The notes under the pieces are model-generated. The model was not told the origin of the DNA. It saw only the letters and a list, made by a program, of their open reading frames with translations, and did not search any database. Source: Podarcis gaigeae (taxonomy: Eukaryota). From it: a DNA stretch of 64,000 nt. This document shows, piece by piece, positions 1-61,100 of the stretch. The stretch lies in the NCBI GenBank assembly GCA_964106915.2, contig OZ066915.1; one strand, 5' to 3'. The first letter of the stretch is position 1, and every line of letters starts with the position of its first letter. The position numbers and the translations under genes are program-made.

Positions 1-1579
1 AATTTATCTGATTCTATCAGGATCACAAAGGGTTGTTACTTATTCACCAAGGATGTGTCCTGGGCTGGTACCGCTATTATTTATTTATTTATTTATGGAA
101 GTTAGGTGGCCCTGCAATGTCTTTATGGAGCCCAGGTGGAGCCTCTGAGAATTTTAAGTCCACTGGAGACAGTTCACAGCAAACTTTTGTGATTATTATT
201 AGCTCGCACGCCCACCCTGCCGCCCACACTGACTGCTTTATGTAGAGCTTAAATGGCTACAGCAGCAATACAAACAGTTTGTGTGAAGATTGTGTGAAAC
301 TAATGGCTAAAATTATCTTCAGTGAGCCTTGCTGCCCTCTTAGGATAGCCTTTGAGGAAATGAACAATCACACTAGGGAAGTGTTTGTATTATCTCTGGT
401 AGTGAAATTAGGCTTTTTTGAATCCTGTATAAAGAGTTTAGAGTTTGCTGTGAAGCTTGAGGCAAAGACTGCTTGACTTATCCCTCCAGATGGATAAAAC
501 AACTCTTATCTGTTTCTAAAATAGCACCGTAATATAAGAATTTCCCTTACATTCCTTTTGTTGTTTAAAGGACTTGCTAAAATTCAGCGATAGGATGGCC
601 TTTACTAGCTCAGTTAAGTGTGATGCATTTTGCTTTTTTAGAAGATACAAGACAGGTCGTATTCAGACTGTGCCTGTCCTAGTGGTTTAAAGCATCTTAA
701 GCAGACTATCTTGCACATATTACTACATGCTGTTCTTTGTCTAAAGTTCTGAGAGAATATTATTTGGGTTATATCTTCACGAGACATATGAATAAGGTCC
801 ACCTAGGAGATGGTAATCTCTGCTGGTGCACAAGATAAAACACACAACTGTGAAGAATGTACCTTTTCTATCTGTAGCCATTGATGTTATGGGAATTTAA
901 AAAAAAAAAAAAGGAGTGTGGTATTATCTTTTCTGAGAGATTCAGAATTTTGTTTCCATAATTTTTCTTTCGGAGCTATAATTGCTCCATGAAACAGAAC
1001 CAATCTGTTTTGTCTGCGTGGAATTGGGAAGTGTCAGAGGTCTGCTGAGAGGGGTGGGCAGGTGGAGCTCCATCACTGTGGACATTGCCACTGCACCTGC
1101 TGAAGACACAGGGTGGAAGCTGTCAGCGGTATCTAAAATGGGTCTGTCTAAGACAGGGAAGAGACCAATCTGAGCTGGTTCCTAAGTGGATCCAACTGCT
1201 AGTAATGGGCCTGATCTGGGCCTAGAGCTCACATGGCAAAGAAAATGGGAGGAAATCGACCTCCACACCTTCTGCCTTAGCTGATGCAAGCTAAGCTGGA
1301 TGTGGGGATGGTTCCCCTCGTTGCTCAGTTTAGCTCTGCTCCTCCCCATGTAGGAGATAGGATGAGGAGAATCAGGAATTTTATGCTTATTACACAATTT
1401 TGTGAAAGTAAATAAGTAAAGGAAAATGCAGTGGCTGGTTACAGAGAAGCTAACTCCATGGACAGTCTTCAAAGTGCCTGGGATGATTTTTCACATCAGG
1501 CCCTTTCCATGGCTGTGTTTTCGCTTTATGCCCCCTGTACATCTTGGCCACAAAGAAATATTCGCAACTACCAGCAGTT

Positions 1580-4500
1580 CCAAGAAATTGTATTTTCTTT
1601 ATTGTTTTATTTTTTTTGTAACTCAACAAGTTTCCATTTTTTTTAAATATTTTTAAAATTTTCATTATTATATTTTTTTCTGTTTAATGCACTCGACCCA
1701 AAATTGGTTTGGCATGTTGAAAGGAGGGGAAGGGGACTGAAAGACAAGAGAAATGGAAAAGAGGAGGGGGGGAGGCAAAGTGGGCAAAAGCAACGGTGTG
1801 GAGATTGAAATGGATCAGCACCAACCTGTAGGAGGGGGACATTGAGGGGCCAAGGGAGAGAATGAATCGCAAACCTTCCCAGCAGGCCCTGGGTTCCTGG
1901 GCTCAGGCCTTCATGCTGCCATTCGAAAGGCACAGCTTCACTGCTAAACCTGGAGGGAGCTGGGAATGAGGATGGGAGAGCAGGGAGGGTCAGCTTCAAG
2001 GAGGCAGTGTGGCTTGACCAGGGAACCAGCTAGCAGCTATGGAAAGCAGGCTGCCATTTGCCGTTACGCCGCTAGGCATCCCTTTCCCTTTTTGTATCCG
2101 CTTCCTGTTCCAGCACAAGTCTTTCTCACTCACTCTCTACCTTTGCTGGGCATGGCATATTGGTGCTCAAACCTTCACTGGAATGACTGAGTGAAAATAA
2201 TTGGTGTCTGGGCCCACCAGTTGGTACTAGGTGGCCCTACAGATGTTGTTCCAACCCCTTCAAGGCCACCACTGCCCACGGAAGTGGGGAGACCCAATCT
2301 AGGGCACAGGGCTGCCTTGTGGAGGCCTGTGCCAAGCAAGGAGCTGCTGGTATAAGGAGTCCCTGTATGGCAGCCTTAGCTGGCAGGGAGCCCAATGCAA
2401 AAACTCACTCCCCACAAACTGGGAGGCCCCATTGCATTGGAGCACACCCCTTGGTCATGGAGTTTGGGGAAGATGGGCGATTCTCCACTTCTGAGCTCTG
2501 CTGGTTGCTTGTTCAGGCGATATATCTGTCCTTTCACGGACTCTGCAAAAGAACCACGCTTGAGGAGTTTGGAGGCAGCCTGAGAGAGTTCCTGGCAAAG
2601 AAGGGAGTGTCTTTCACTCCCCCAACATGGGGGGAGCAGGGCATGTCTGCCACTGCTTCAGAGGATTAAGCTCAGAGTGGCATTTAGAGCAGCAGATTTG
2701 GAGATTAAATGTTGCCCTAGAGGTAGTGCTGTCCTGAACTAGCTTATGCATAAATGCCCCTCATGTTGGCTTGTAGACAGCCAATTATAGAGAAGACAAA
2801 GATGGCCTAGATGAACAGAGTACAGTTTACTTAAGTGAGGCAGAGAGGCTAATTTGCCCAACTAGCTTCATGGCACAGGAATCATGGGCCATATTCTTGT
2901 CCTAGATTTTATCCTGCTCCCCGTGCTATTCTGGTTTGAAGGCTGAAGAGGGAGTAAGCTTGGGCTAGCTTGCCCAACTGCTCTCATTGGGCCAAGGAGA
3001 TGTAACTCTGGAGAAGTCAAGCGGAGTACTTTGCTAAAGTGAGTTGAGCTCATGGGTTTGCATAAGTCTTAGATGGATGGGTAGAGAAAAAGAACGACAA
3101 GCCAGGTGCCTCGGCTTAATGGGGGTGCAAGCAAAGAGGGCTTCTGGCTATGCCCAGGATGACTGGAGGTGTCAGCAGGAGTTGTTTAGGAAGCTGAGGA
3201 GGGGAAGCTTGAGCCCCTCTGGCCATACAAAATGAGTGGCACCTGTTGGCTCCTGAAGCTTCACGATAAATGTGATGCCTCCTAGGTTTTTTTTTACTAT
3301 CCTACAGATTTCACATTCAAACTTTTGATACCTTTCATTACTTTCTGTAACCCACAGATTGAGACTTCAATGATATAAAACAAGATGAATTCTGTACAAA
3401 AGTTCAGTAGAAGTCAATCTGTGCAAGGCCTAGAGCAGACATGTGTAGCCTTGCCCACCATTCCACCCTAGAATGACAATGCCACTTACGTTCAAAATAT
3501 CTGGACTCTGCAGTGGGTGCTGCTGGATGGCGTTTGGAGCATCTGCACCACGCAGACCCAAAGAAAAATGTACAGAACATACTGCTACCCTCCAAGTCTA
3601 GGATGGGCTGTGGGCTGTCCCATAGCATCAGGAGGGTCACAGTTTCTGAATTCTTGCTCTAAGTTAATAGGGCATTTCCTTCAAGTTGTGGATTGAGAAA
3701 AGCCTGTTTTTATTGGATATGAGGGGAACTTACAGTTCCCTACCGAAACGCTAAAACTGGTTAAAGGGGTAGCAAATGACACAAGAATATAATCTTGCAA
3801 GGAAATCATGAGAGTTAAAAAGAAGAAAGGTAAATTCCATGTTAGGAGAAGGATTAAAAACAAACCAGCAATTAGCGCTACAGCATTCTTGATATCTATG
3901 GCACACCCATACGTAGAATACAATATGCAACTCTCATCTAACAAGGGAAGTTGTTGAAAATAGGTTAAAATGGGCAGCTAAAACCAGAGGGTTGGAGCAT
4001 CTTCCCCACAAAGGGGAAGAGATTTATGAAATCATGAAGGTATGTGAAGAGCACAAATAACCTTTCAAAATAATTATAGCCCAGTCAGGGTATTTTTTAA
4101 AATATATATTTTTGTAACTGGAGGGGGCAGCCCCCTTCTATCCCAGTGGTAGCTTTACTTCTCAAGTTTGGGCTGGACAGCTATACTTTCTCTGGATGCA
4201 CACTCTATTGTCAGAGGTGGGTATGATAACGTGAACTATAATTGACAACAGGTGAGGGAGTACATATTTAAAAGAGGACAGTCTCAGCTTCCACATACAG
4301 TATCCTTGGATAGCTGCTGGGACCCCTTGTGGCAGATCTCAGAGCTCCCCAGCTGGGGACAACACACCACTGATCAGAAGTTCTGCCGGCACCACTACCA
4401 GTGGGTGAGCTTGTAAGGGGTCTCCAGTTGGGGGGGGGCTCACCAGAAGGTGGTCTGCCAAGGGCCCCCTTATATCTAGGGCTGGCCTTATTGCATACCA

Positions 4501-7500
4501 ACACACAAGTGAGCATACCTCTCTCCTCAGTGGCAGTAATGGCTGCAGGACTCTTCTTGGCCTATACCTGTAGTCCAAGTTAAAACAGGGGTGTGCCTCT
4601 ACAGAGCTCTCTCCAAGATTTTTCCTTGCACCAAGATAAGCAGGAATAAAAGAAATAGGGCAATGGCAAAGTGCAACTAGCATGAACACGCCTTCAACGC
4701 ATATGGATTCTGGCTGCCACTAACTACCCAGCACCCGGGAGCACCTGGGCTGATTCTAGTGGCTGGTTTCCAAGACTATTCTTACAGTGGTTACTTCAAT
4801 AGTGTTAGCGCCCCCTTCCTCTTGTGCCAGGACGGAACATGCCGTAACACTGATATAACTTCATAATCGTGTCAATCTTTTCATTTCAATTAAAGTCCAA
4901 ATCTCAAGTACAGTGTGGACTACTCATAGCTAACATGAAGCTGGAAAGCGCAAAGCCTTGAGGTTGGGCTGCTAGAGACTCAAGTCTCTACCGCTTCGCT
5001 CCAACAGGATGGATGAGGGCAGATATGTCTTTGGTTTTTTTGTTTTTGTTTTCCACGTGAGGTTTCCAAATGGAGGTACCTCTTGGTGATCATGCCAAGG
5101 CAGTTCCTGAACACAGGGCCTTCCTTGAGCCAATGCAGCAAATGCAAGTGGGGTGAATAAGGCCATTTGGTATTGGGGAGAGGATTGATCAGAACCATGG
5201 TTTGGTGATAGAATCAGGTAAACGGGAGTGGGGCCTTGTCCTCACAAGGGTAAGCTGTCCATCTAAGAGAGTGAGCAAGTTGGTTCTGGACCAAGATCGA
5301 AAGAGCGGCAGGAAGGAGTTTGAGCCAATATGGATTTGTCACACTAACCTTCCAACTTTCATGCAATGAGATCCTAATGAAGAATACAACCCAAACCTGT
5401 GGAAACAGCAACAAGGGCGTCAAAAGCCCCACAACCCAATTCCCTGTGCCCTTTGAAAGTATGACTCGGATATAAAGCAAAATGCTTCTGAAAACCATTA
5501 GTCCCTATCTCTGAATCAAGTATAATTACATTAGGTTGGGTGGAGGGGGAGATGGCTCTAGGTGAAAAAGTCTATGCCATGTCCCTAGATCTAAATGATG
5601 TCAGATCAAGCTTTGTGAGCTACAGCTGTATTGGGTTTTAGGGTTACAAAACGTGTGTTCTTCTCTTTCTTTGTGGCCAGCCTTTAACTGGGTTCTTTGC
5701 AGAAAATATCAATATGGGCACACGACAAGCTTCTCTTTACCAAACATGATCAAGGGGCATTCTTGGATGCTGCAAACATGCAGTTGCTAGGGGAAGCGAC
5801 CATATGAACAGGCCTTGCACATTGATAACACAGGCGAACATGGAGCAAGAAACTGAAAGAAAGAAGAAAGCTCACTGTCATCAGGGTTAGTGCTGTCTCC
5901 TGATGGAAAAGGAGGACTTGATTGATTGTGCTGCCACTGTACAGGGCAATTTAATATTGGCTCCTTGGGTCTTAGCTTGTGGCACTGGGGTAAGAGATGT
6001 AAGCAGGCAACAAGGAGTGACGATGGCTCTTCTTTCCTGCCACAATATGGCACAGAGAAAGGAAGCCCCTGCCTATTCCAAGGAAGGTACACTTCTAAGA
6101 ATGCCAAACCCTCGCCTTCTGCTTTTGACCAAGTCTCTCAGCAATTCCATTAACTGGGAGAGGACAAAAGATGCAAAAATAATAATTAAAATAAAATAAA
6201 AGCAAGAGAACAAACATTTCAAGGCTCCAAGTGGCAAAACCACACACCATTTCCCTTTTTGATATAACGTGACATCTAGCCTGGAAATTTCTAAATAGGT
6301 AAGACATGGCTGCTTAAAAATGATGATGAAATGAAACTACTCTGTCCCCTCTTAAAATTCTTAAAAGCGAAGGATTTTTCTGTAACCTACAGCATTACAG
6401 CATCTTTGGGTCTTGCAGTAAAAGTGTTTTTTCCCCCACCCACAATTCCAAAGTGGCAGTTAATGAGAAAATAACCAACTTCATGTGGAGATGTATGAAA
6501 AAGGTACCTCATCTGGCAGGAAAGGGGAAATGCTTCAAGGTCACAGAAATGACGCAGTATATGTTATATATTACATAAAAATTGTGCCAAAATGTTTTTT
6601 TCCTCTTTTTTGATTGTAAAAATCTGCTCTCGGCGGGTTTCCCCCAGTTGTCTTTTTCAAAGAAGGGATTTTCCCCCCATTTTCCCTTCCATGCTCCCAT
6701 ACCACACATGGGGCCAGAGCAGAGCTGAGTACCATATATCTATATATATTATATAGATATAGATATATTTAAAACCCAGACAGAAAAGTTCCTTGGTTTG
6801 TTTTTCCTTTTTTTCAAGTGAGTAAATCAATTCTCTGATTTGTTTTTAGGTTTTCATATTTACAGCATTTCAATTGGTATCACATCCCCCGCTTCCCAAC
6901 CCATTTGGACCCCGCCCGCCGCCCGCCCCGGAGATATGGTGCCTCTAGGTGAGACTGGTTGCTTCCTCAACTCTCCCAGGCCGAGAGTTGGTGAGAAAAG
7001 TCGGAGTTGTGCTTGAAGAGGGAGATTTGCTATTTCTTTTTCCTTTGGGTGGAAAAAAGTGCAGTCTGGGTTAGTGTTTTTGTTGCTGTTTTTTGTTTTG
7101 TCCTGTTTGTCTGTTTTTCTGAAGGACAATCCATCCAGTCTGGGGGGCGGGGGAGAGTTCAACACTCCTACTTTCTCCCATGTAGTCCCAAATGTGTTTT
7201 GACGGCAGCCATATTTGCATTGCAGGATACTCCTGACGTTTGCGTCTTCGTGGGCAGGAATGAAACAGAGGGAAGGTGAGAGCAGTCTTGCATCACTTTC
7301 TAAATGTCTGGAGCTGGAACATAGCAGGCCGTGGGGGCGACTGGTGGAACTGAGTGAAACGGGAAGAAATGCCCCCTCCGCTACCACCACCCCACCCCTC
7401 ATCATCTCTTACTTACTGTGCAATTTTACGTCAGGCTCGGTGGCCCTAAAGCAACTAGGAGGGGGAAAGGCCACCATGTGTGGCCATACAAATGAAAAAA

Positions 7501-8430
7501 AAATCTAAGGACAGCCACACCTCAGTGCTACTTCCTCCTTCCCCAGAAGCAACGGTGCATTTCCAACATTCCTATGTGGGCTTTAATTTTAAAAAAATAA
7601 AAAAGAGAGAGAGGAAAGAATCAAAGCAAAGCTTTCCTGCCAATCTGAAAGAGCTGAAGAACTTGATGTTGATAAACTGTGACAGCCAACAAATACTGGA
7701 AGGCAGGTTCTCAGCATAGCGTTACCTGATCAGCTCCTTCCTCTCCCCCCACCCTCATACCTTTCTCTGTCTTTTGTCTCTCTTTTTTGGCAACGGTTGA
7801 ATCTAAACCCTGACTAGGCCTAGTGCCACATGGCCCTGTTTGTCCCTCATACTCTTAAGCTGTGGGAGGCGAGGGGTGGGGAGCAGGCTCTGAGCCAGGG
7901 CGCAGGGCAGGGCATTTCCCCAGGTGCCCCAGTCTCTGCATGTGGAACCCTCATGGCTTTGATTTTCGTAACATTAAAAAAAAAATATTATTATGTCAGC
8001 TTTTTAACTTTCCCACCCTAATTTCTTGGTTCATCCCCCCCCCCCAATTGTCTAGAAGGTATTGTCAAAATAAGTCTGATCCTTTTGCCCAGATTCAGCT
8101 CTCTTTCCTCCACTGCATTTATTTGCCTGGAGAAGGAAAACGGACATAACCAGATAGGCCACGTGCCACTTTCTGTCTGGAAATCTAATTGGATGGAAGG
8201 AAAGACGGACAAAATGGCTGCCCCTCCCTTCTCCTCGGAGAAGCCCTCTGCCTCACTCAGCTCTTTCTTCCACCTTCTCTCCTCCATTCATTCCCCAGCC
8301 CTGTGCCATTCTCTTCTTCCCCACCCTTTCTTCCAGGAAAAAATTAAAATGTTCAGGTCACGGCAACAGTGCCGTATTGGGGTTTTTTTTTTGGGGGGGT
8401 GTTATGGTCCCTCAGTCCCTTCTCAGCCCC
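1580..8430 (-). other. Putative long 3' UTR of ADGRL1 (end point approximate)
   Basis: No coding signal and few recognisable transposons. AU/U-rich blocks are present. AATAAA (minus strand) occurs at 8118-8123, 3709-3714 and as a tandem pair at 1598-1611. Confidence 0.55.
1598..1611 (-). terminator. Tandem AATAAA polyadenylation signals, candidate distal ADGRL1 poly(A) site
   Basis: Minus strand AATAAAACAATAAAG after an A-rich stretch, with U/GU-rich TATTTCTTTGTGG downstream. Confidence 0.55.
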
Positions 8431-57519
<49,089 letters not shown>

Positions 57520-57731
57520 CTGCTGAGATAGGAGGTGAGAGGGTCAGGGCTACAGGCTTATTATACCACTCAATCAAGCAATTCCAGTTTATCTCCTGAT
57601 GGACTTCTGCAATTTCCTACCAATCCTTAGGTATGCACAGCACACACCATGAGACTAAAGCATGGAAAGCAGGACTCCAGGGTTGTTTTTCCAACTCTGC
57701 AGTCTTGTACAAAGAGAACCTAGTAAATCAG

Positions 57732-57878
57732 TTACAGATAGGTAGCCGTGTTGGTCTACAGTTACAGATAGGTAGCCGTGTTGTATCTGAAGAAGTGTGC
57801 ATGCACACGAAAGCTCATACCAAGAACTGACTTAGTTGGTCTTTAAGGTGCTACTGGAAGGAATTTTTTTTGTTTTGA
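57732..57878 (+). mobile_element. Penelope-like retroelement fragment with 12-bp target site duplication
   Basis: Flanking CTAGTAAATCAG at 57720-57731 and 57879-57890; internal 30-nt-period duplication of GTTACAGATAGGTAGCCGTGTTG; hammerhead. Confidence 0.72.
57783..57820 (+). ncRNA. Minimal type I hammerhead ribozyme in a Penelope-like element end (second copy)
   Basis: GTAT-CTGAAGA-A-GTGTG CATG CACAC-GAAA-GCT-C-ATAC; CUC triplet; predicted cut after 57816. Confidence 0.75.
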
Positions 57879-58089
57879 CTAGTAAATCAGGATTTCTTGT
57901 TTTTCTGTTGCATTTTCAACACATGCTGCAAGACCTATAACATGTTTATCTACTTCTGAGTCTCTGTTTTCCATGTCAATCTTTGGAGAACAGCAGCAGG
58001 GATTCTGGGTTCCCTTCTACCTCCACTGTGGCATGTCTGGTGTATGTTTTGTATGTGGAAGGGTGCTTGTCCGGACACTACCCAAGAAC

Positions 58090-58091
<2 letters not shown>

Positions 58092-58130
<39 letters not shown>
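58092..58130. repeat. (GA)n microsatellite
   Basis: Seen directly. Confidence 0.95.
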
Positions 58131-58136
<6 letters not shown>

Positions 58137-61100
58137 CCTCCCCCCCCCTTTGCTGAGCTGAGCTGCATATTCAGAGTAAGCTCTACAGACTTAGGCAGAT
58201 GTGCCTTTAAAAACCCAGACATGTTTTTCATAAAGCTCTTGGCTCCCTGCACCACCCATGACCCACTTTAGAGACAGCAGCTGAGGAAAGGGTCTGGGAA
58301 ATGTGCTGAGAAAAATTCTTTGCAATCCTTTTGAATCCTGCAAGGTTTTGCGAGACTGGAGAGGTGGAGATGGGAAGTAAACAAGGGGGGGGGGCAACTG
58401 AGATCTGAACATGGATATTAGGGAGGTTTCTAGAAAGATTCATGGTTGAGCTTTGTGCTCATTTCTATTATGGGAAGGATATTGCACAATTGCCGGACTG
58501 AGAGCTCAGGCTCCTGGATCCCTCTGAACAAGGATGAGAAGGAGAAAAAGGACAACTGGGATCCATCTGCACAGCCAGGGCCAGCCACCAACATTTTACT
58601 GCCTGAGGCAAAGCAGTAAATGCCTCACCCCCGCTAGTCAAGGGCATTTTGGCATCTGAGGCAGAAAATCCCACATGCACATCTCCCCGTCCCCCACCCT
58701 AGCAGTAAAAAATATTATTATTATTATTATTATAATGCATTAAATAACTAACAATTTGCTGCCTTTTCATGACATCCTAAATCAGCAGCCTGAAACAGCC
58801 CACTCTTTCTATCTAATGGTAGAGTCAGTACAGTGGGTACAAATTAACCTATCCGTCTTTAGCAGTGCAAATCTAAGCATGTTTAACCAGATGCAAATCC
58901 CACTGAACTCAATGGAAGTTACAGCACAATACTTTACATGCCCACTCAGGAGTTCAGTGGAGCTTACGCCTAGGTAAGGAGGTGCTGGATTGCAACCATG
59001 GCCTGTGCATTTATTTAAGATTGCGGCCAAACAACACAATCCTCTACTCAGATGTAAACCCTATTGAATTCAATTGAGCCTAAATTGTCTCATTTTTTAA
59101 AAAATAGTTGCTCTAACAGTCCAAGAGGATCCTCCTTCTCCTTTCAAACTAGCATAAAGACTGAGTTGCAGTGTGCATGGTGTCTCCTCAGAAATCTCAC
59201 ACCTCACTAAAGAAAACACACTCTTTCCACTCCTTCAATTAAAAATGATGCTATTCCAAAAGAAAGTTCCCTCAAACCTCTTAACATACTGGCTGTAGAA
59301 GGGGCAGGGCTTCATCTCCCTCAGCTTTTCCACTTCAGTGTTGGCAGTTCCATGTTGGCGAAGTCAAGGCATGGATGGGGGCTTGTTCCCTGGCAAATGC
59401 TCAAAAGCTCAGAGTGGTTAACTGAGCACAGCTGTGAGGGGAGTGACTGTAAAGGAGGCTGAAGGGAATCAGGAAGCTGCTCTGTGCTCTATCCTGGCCT
59501 CTCCTCATCACCCGCTTACATGGAATGGGGCTTCCACATGCTCCGCCTCCTATGAAGGATCCTGCCCCATCCTGGACTAAGCTTTCTACTGTGGAGGGAA
59601 CAGTAGGAGTACCAGCAAGTGAGTTGGAGGGAATGGTAGGAAACAGAAAACTAGATAGACAGAAAACAAGGGCAGCGAACCCAGTGGCAGGAGTGAGCCG
59701 AAGGAGGCGGTGGGGCATCTGTGCCAGTCAGCTGCCTTTGATGATTCGCCATCTGAGACAAATAAAAGTCTTAGGGCCAGGCTTCCCTACAGCTGGGTCT
59801 TTGAGACTGTCACTGCATGCTACAAACATCAGTTTGGGAAGGACAGCTACCTGCAACGACTGCATTATGGTTTCCTACAACCCTAGTAGTATGTTCCCCA
59901 GCTACAATTCGAGCTGGCTGAAAAATGCATACTTAATGGCCTACTGCTGCCTCTGCCCCACTCCCAACCACTGCATTTCTCTATCCACATGGCTCCCTTC
60001 TCATGCTAAACTGGGAAGAAATGCCCCCCTCATTTTCTAGGAGCAATGCCTGCAATAGGAGAAGCAGCACCACATCCCTCATTCACTATTAACCAAGGGG
60101 CTGAAGTAGCAGGGCCTGGAACCTGGCAGAAGGACCAAGATGGCAGTGAAACAGCAGCCACATACCTGGACAGCATAGGTGTGAACTGGCAACTATGTTC
60201 AAGCTGTCTGGCATGCCTTTCAGGGACAATGCCCAGAGACAAACGTTCAATTTGGCCTGTGCTCCATTTGCTTTGACGTGTTCTTTCTGCCATTATAATC
60301 TGTGTGACATTGGGTAGCACATCAGCTTTGCCTCTCCCAAATGGGGATGGTGGGAAGGATGTACACCCAACGTACACTGCTAGAAGAAAACTGCAAGGGG
60401 AGTCGCTCGGTTGTATGTGTGGGTACACCTAAGCCTTCCTTGCGGGCTTCACATAGCCTCTTAGCTTGTCGCAGCTAATCAGCCAAGAGACCTGTACCTT
60501 CAGCTGCAAAGGGCAAGAGTCAGAGCCCCTAGTGGGGAACATACATTAGTGGCACTCAGGGCTTTAAAGGCAGGCTAGAGAGGGGACTGGGAAGCAAGCA
60601 TGTCATAGCTGCTCTTTGTGTAATTTTTCCTTCCCCCTTGCTGGGTTAATGGAAGGACCCTGTGGAGGGAGTCTGTAATTAAACCATTAGCTGAGTAACT
60701 AACTAGTAACAGCCCGAGTGCTAGTGGTTGTTTCAGGCGGTGTTGGTGGGGGAGCCCAGCAGACAACAGAAGGTACGAGCTGAGAGAGCAAGAAAGGGCA
60801 GCCGAGAGTGGATACGTGAATGGAGGACAGTAAATGAAGAAGGGACAGCAGACCTTGGCAGTAGGTACTGTAGAAACCAAAATACGGCTGGCAAAAGCCA
60901 TGGATTTCCCACAATGGCAGCCTCAGGATAGGCTCATGAACAAAGCCCCAAGAGTCTCCCAGCTGCATCTGGATGTGTTTGCAATGAGCTGGGGCTATGG
61001 CACCTATTTGGTTTCAGGGCAGACAGCTGGTTGCAGCTAATTGTAGGTATGATCCGAGACTTTCCTAAACATATTGAGTAATTCACAGGGGCACAGTGTT

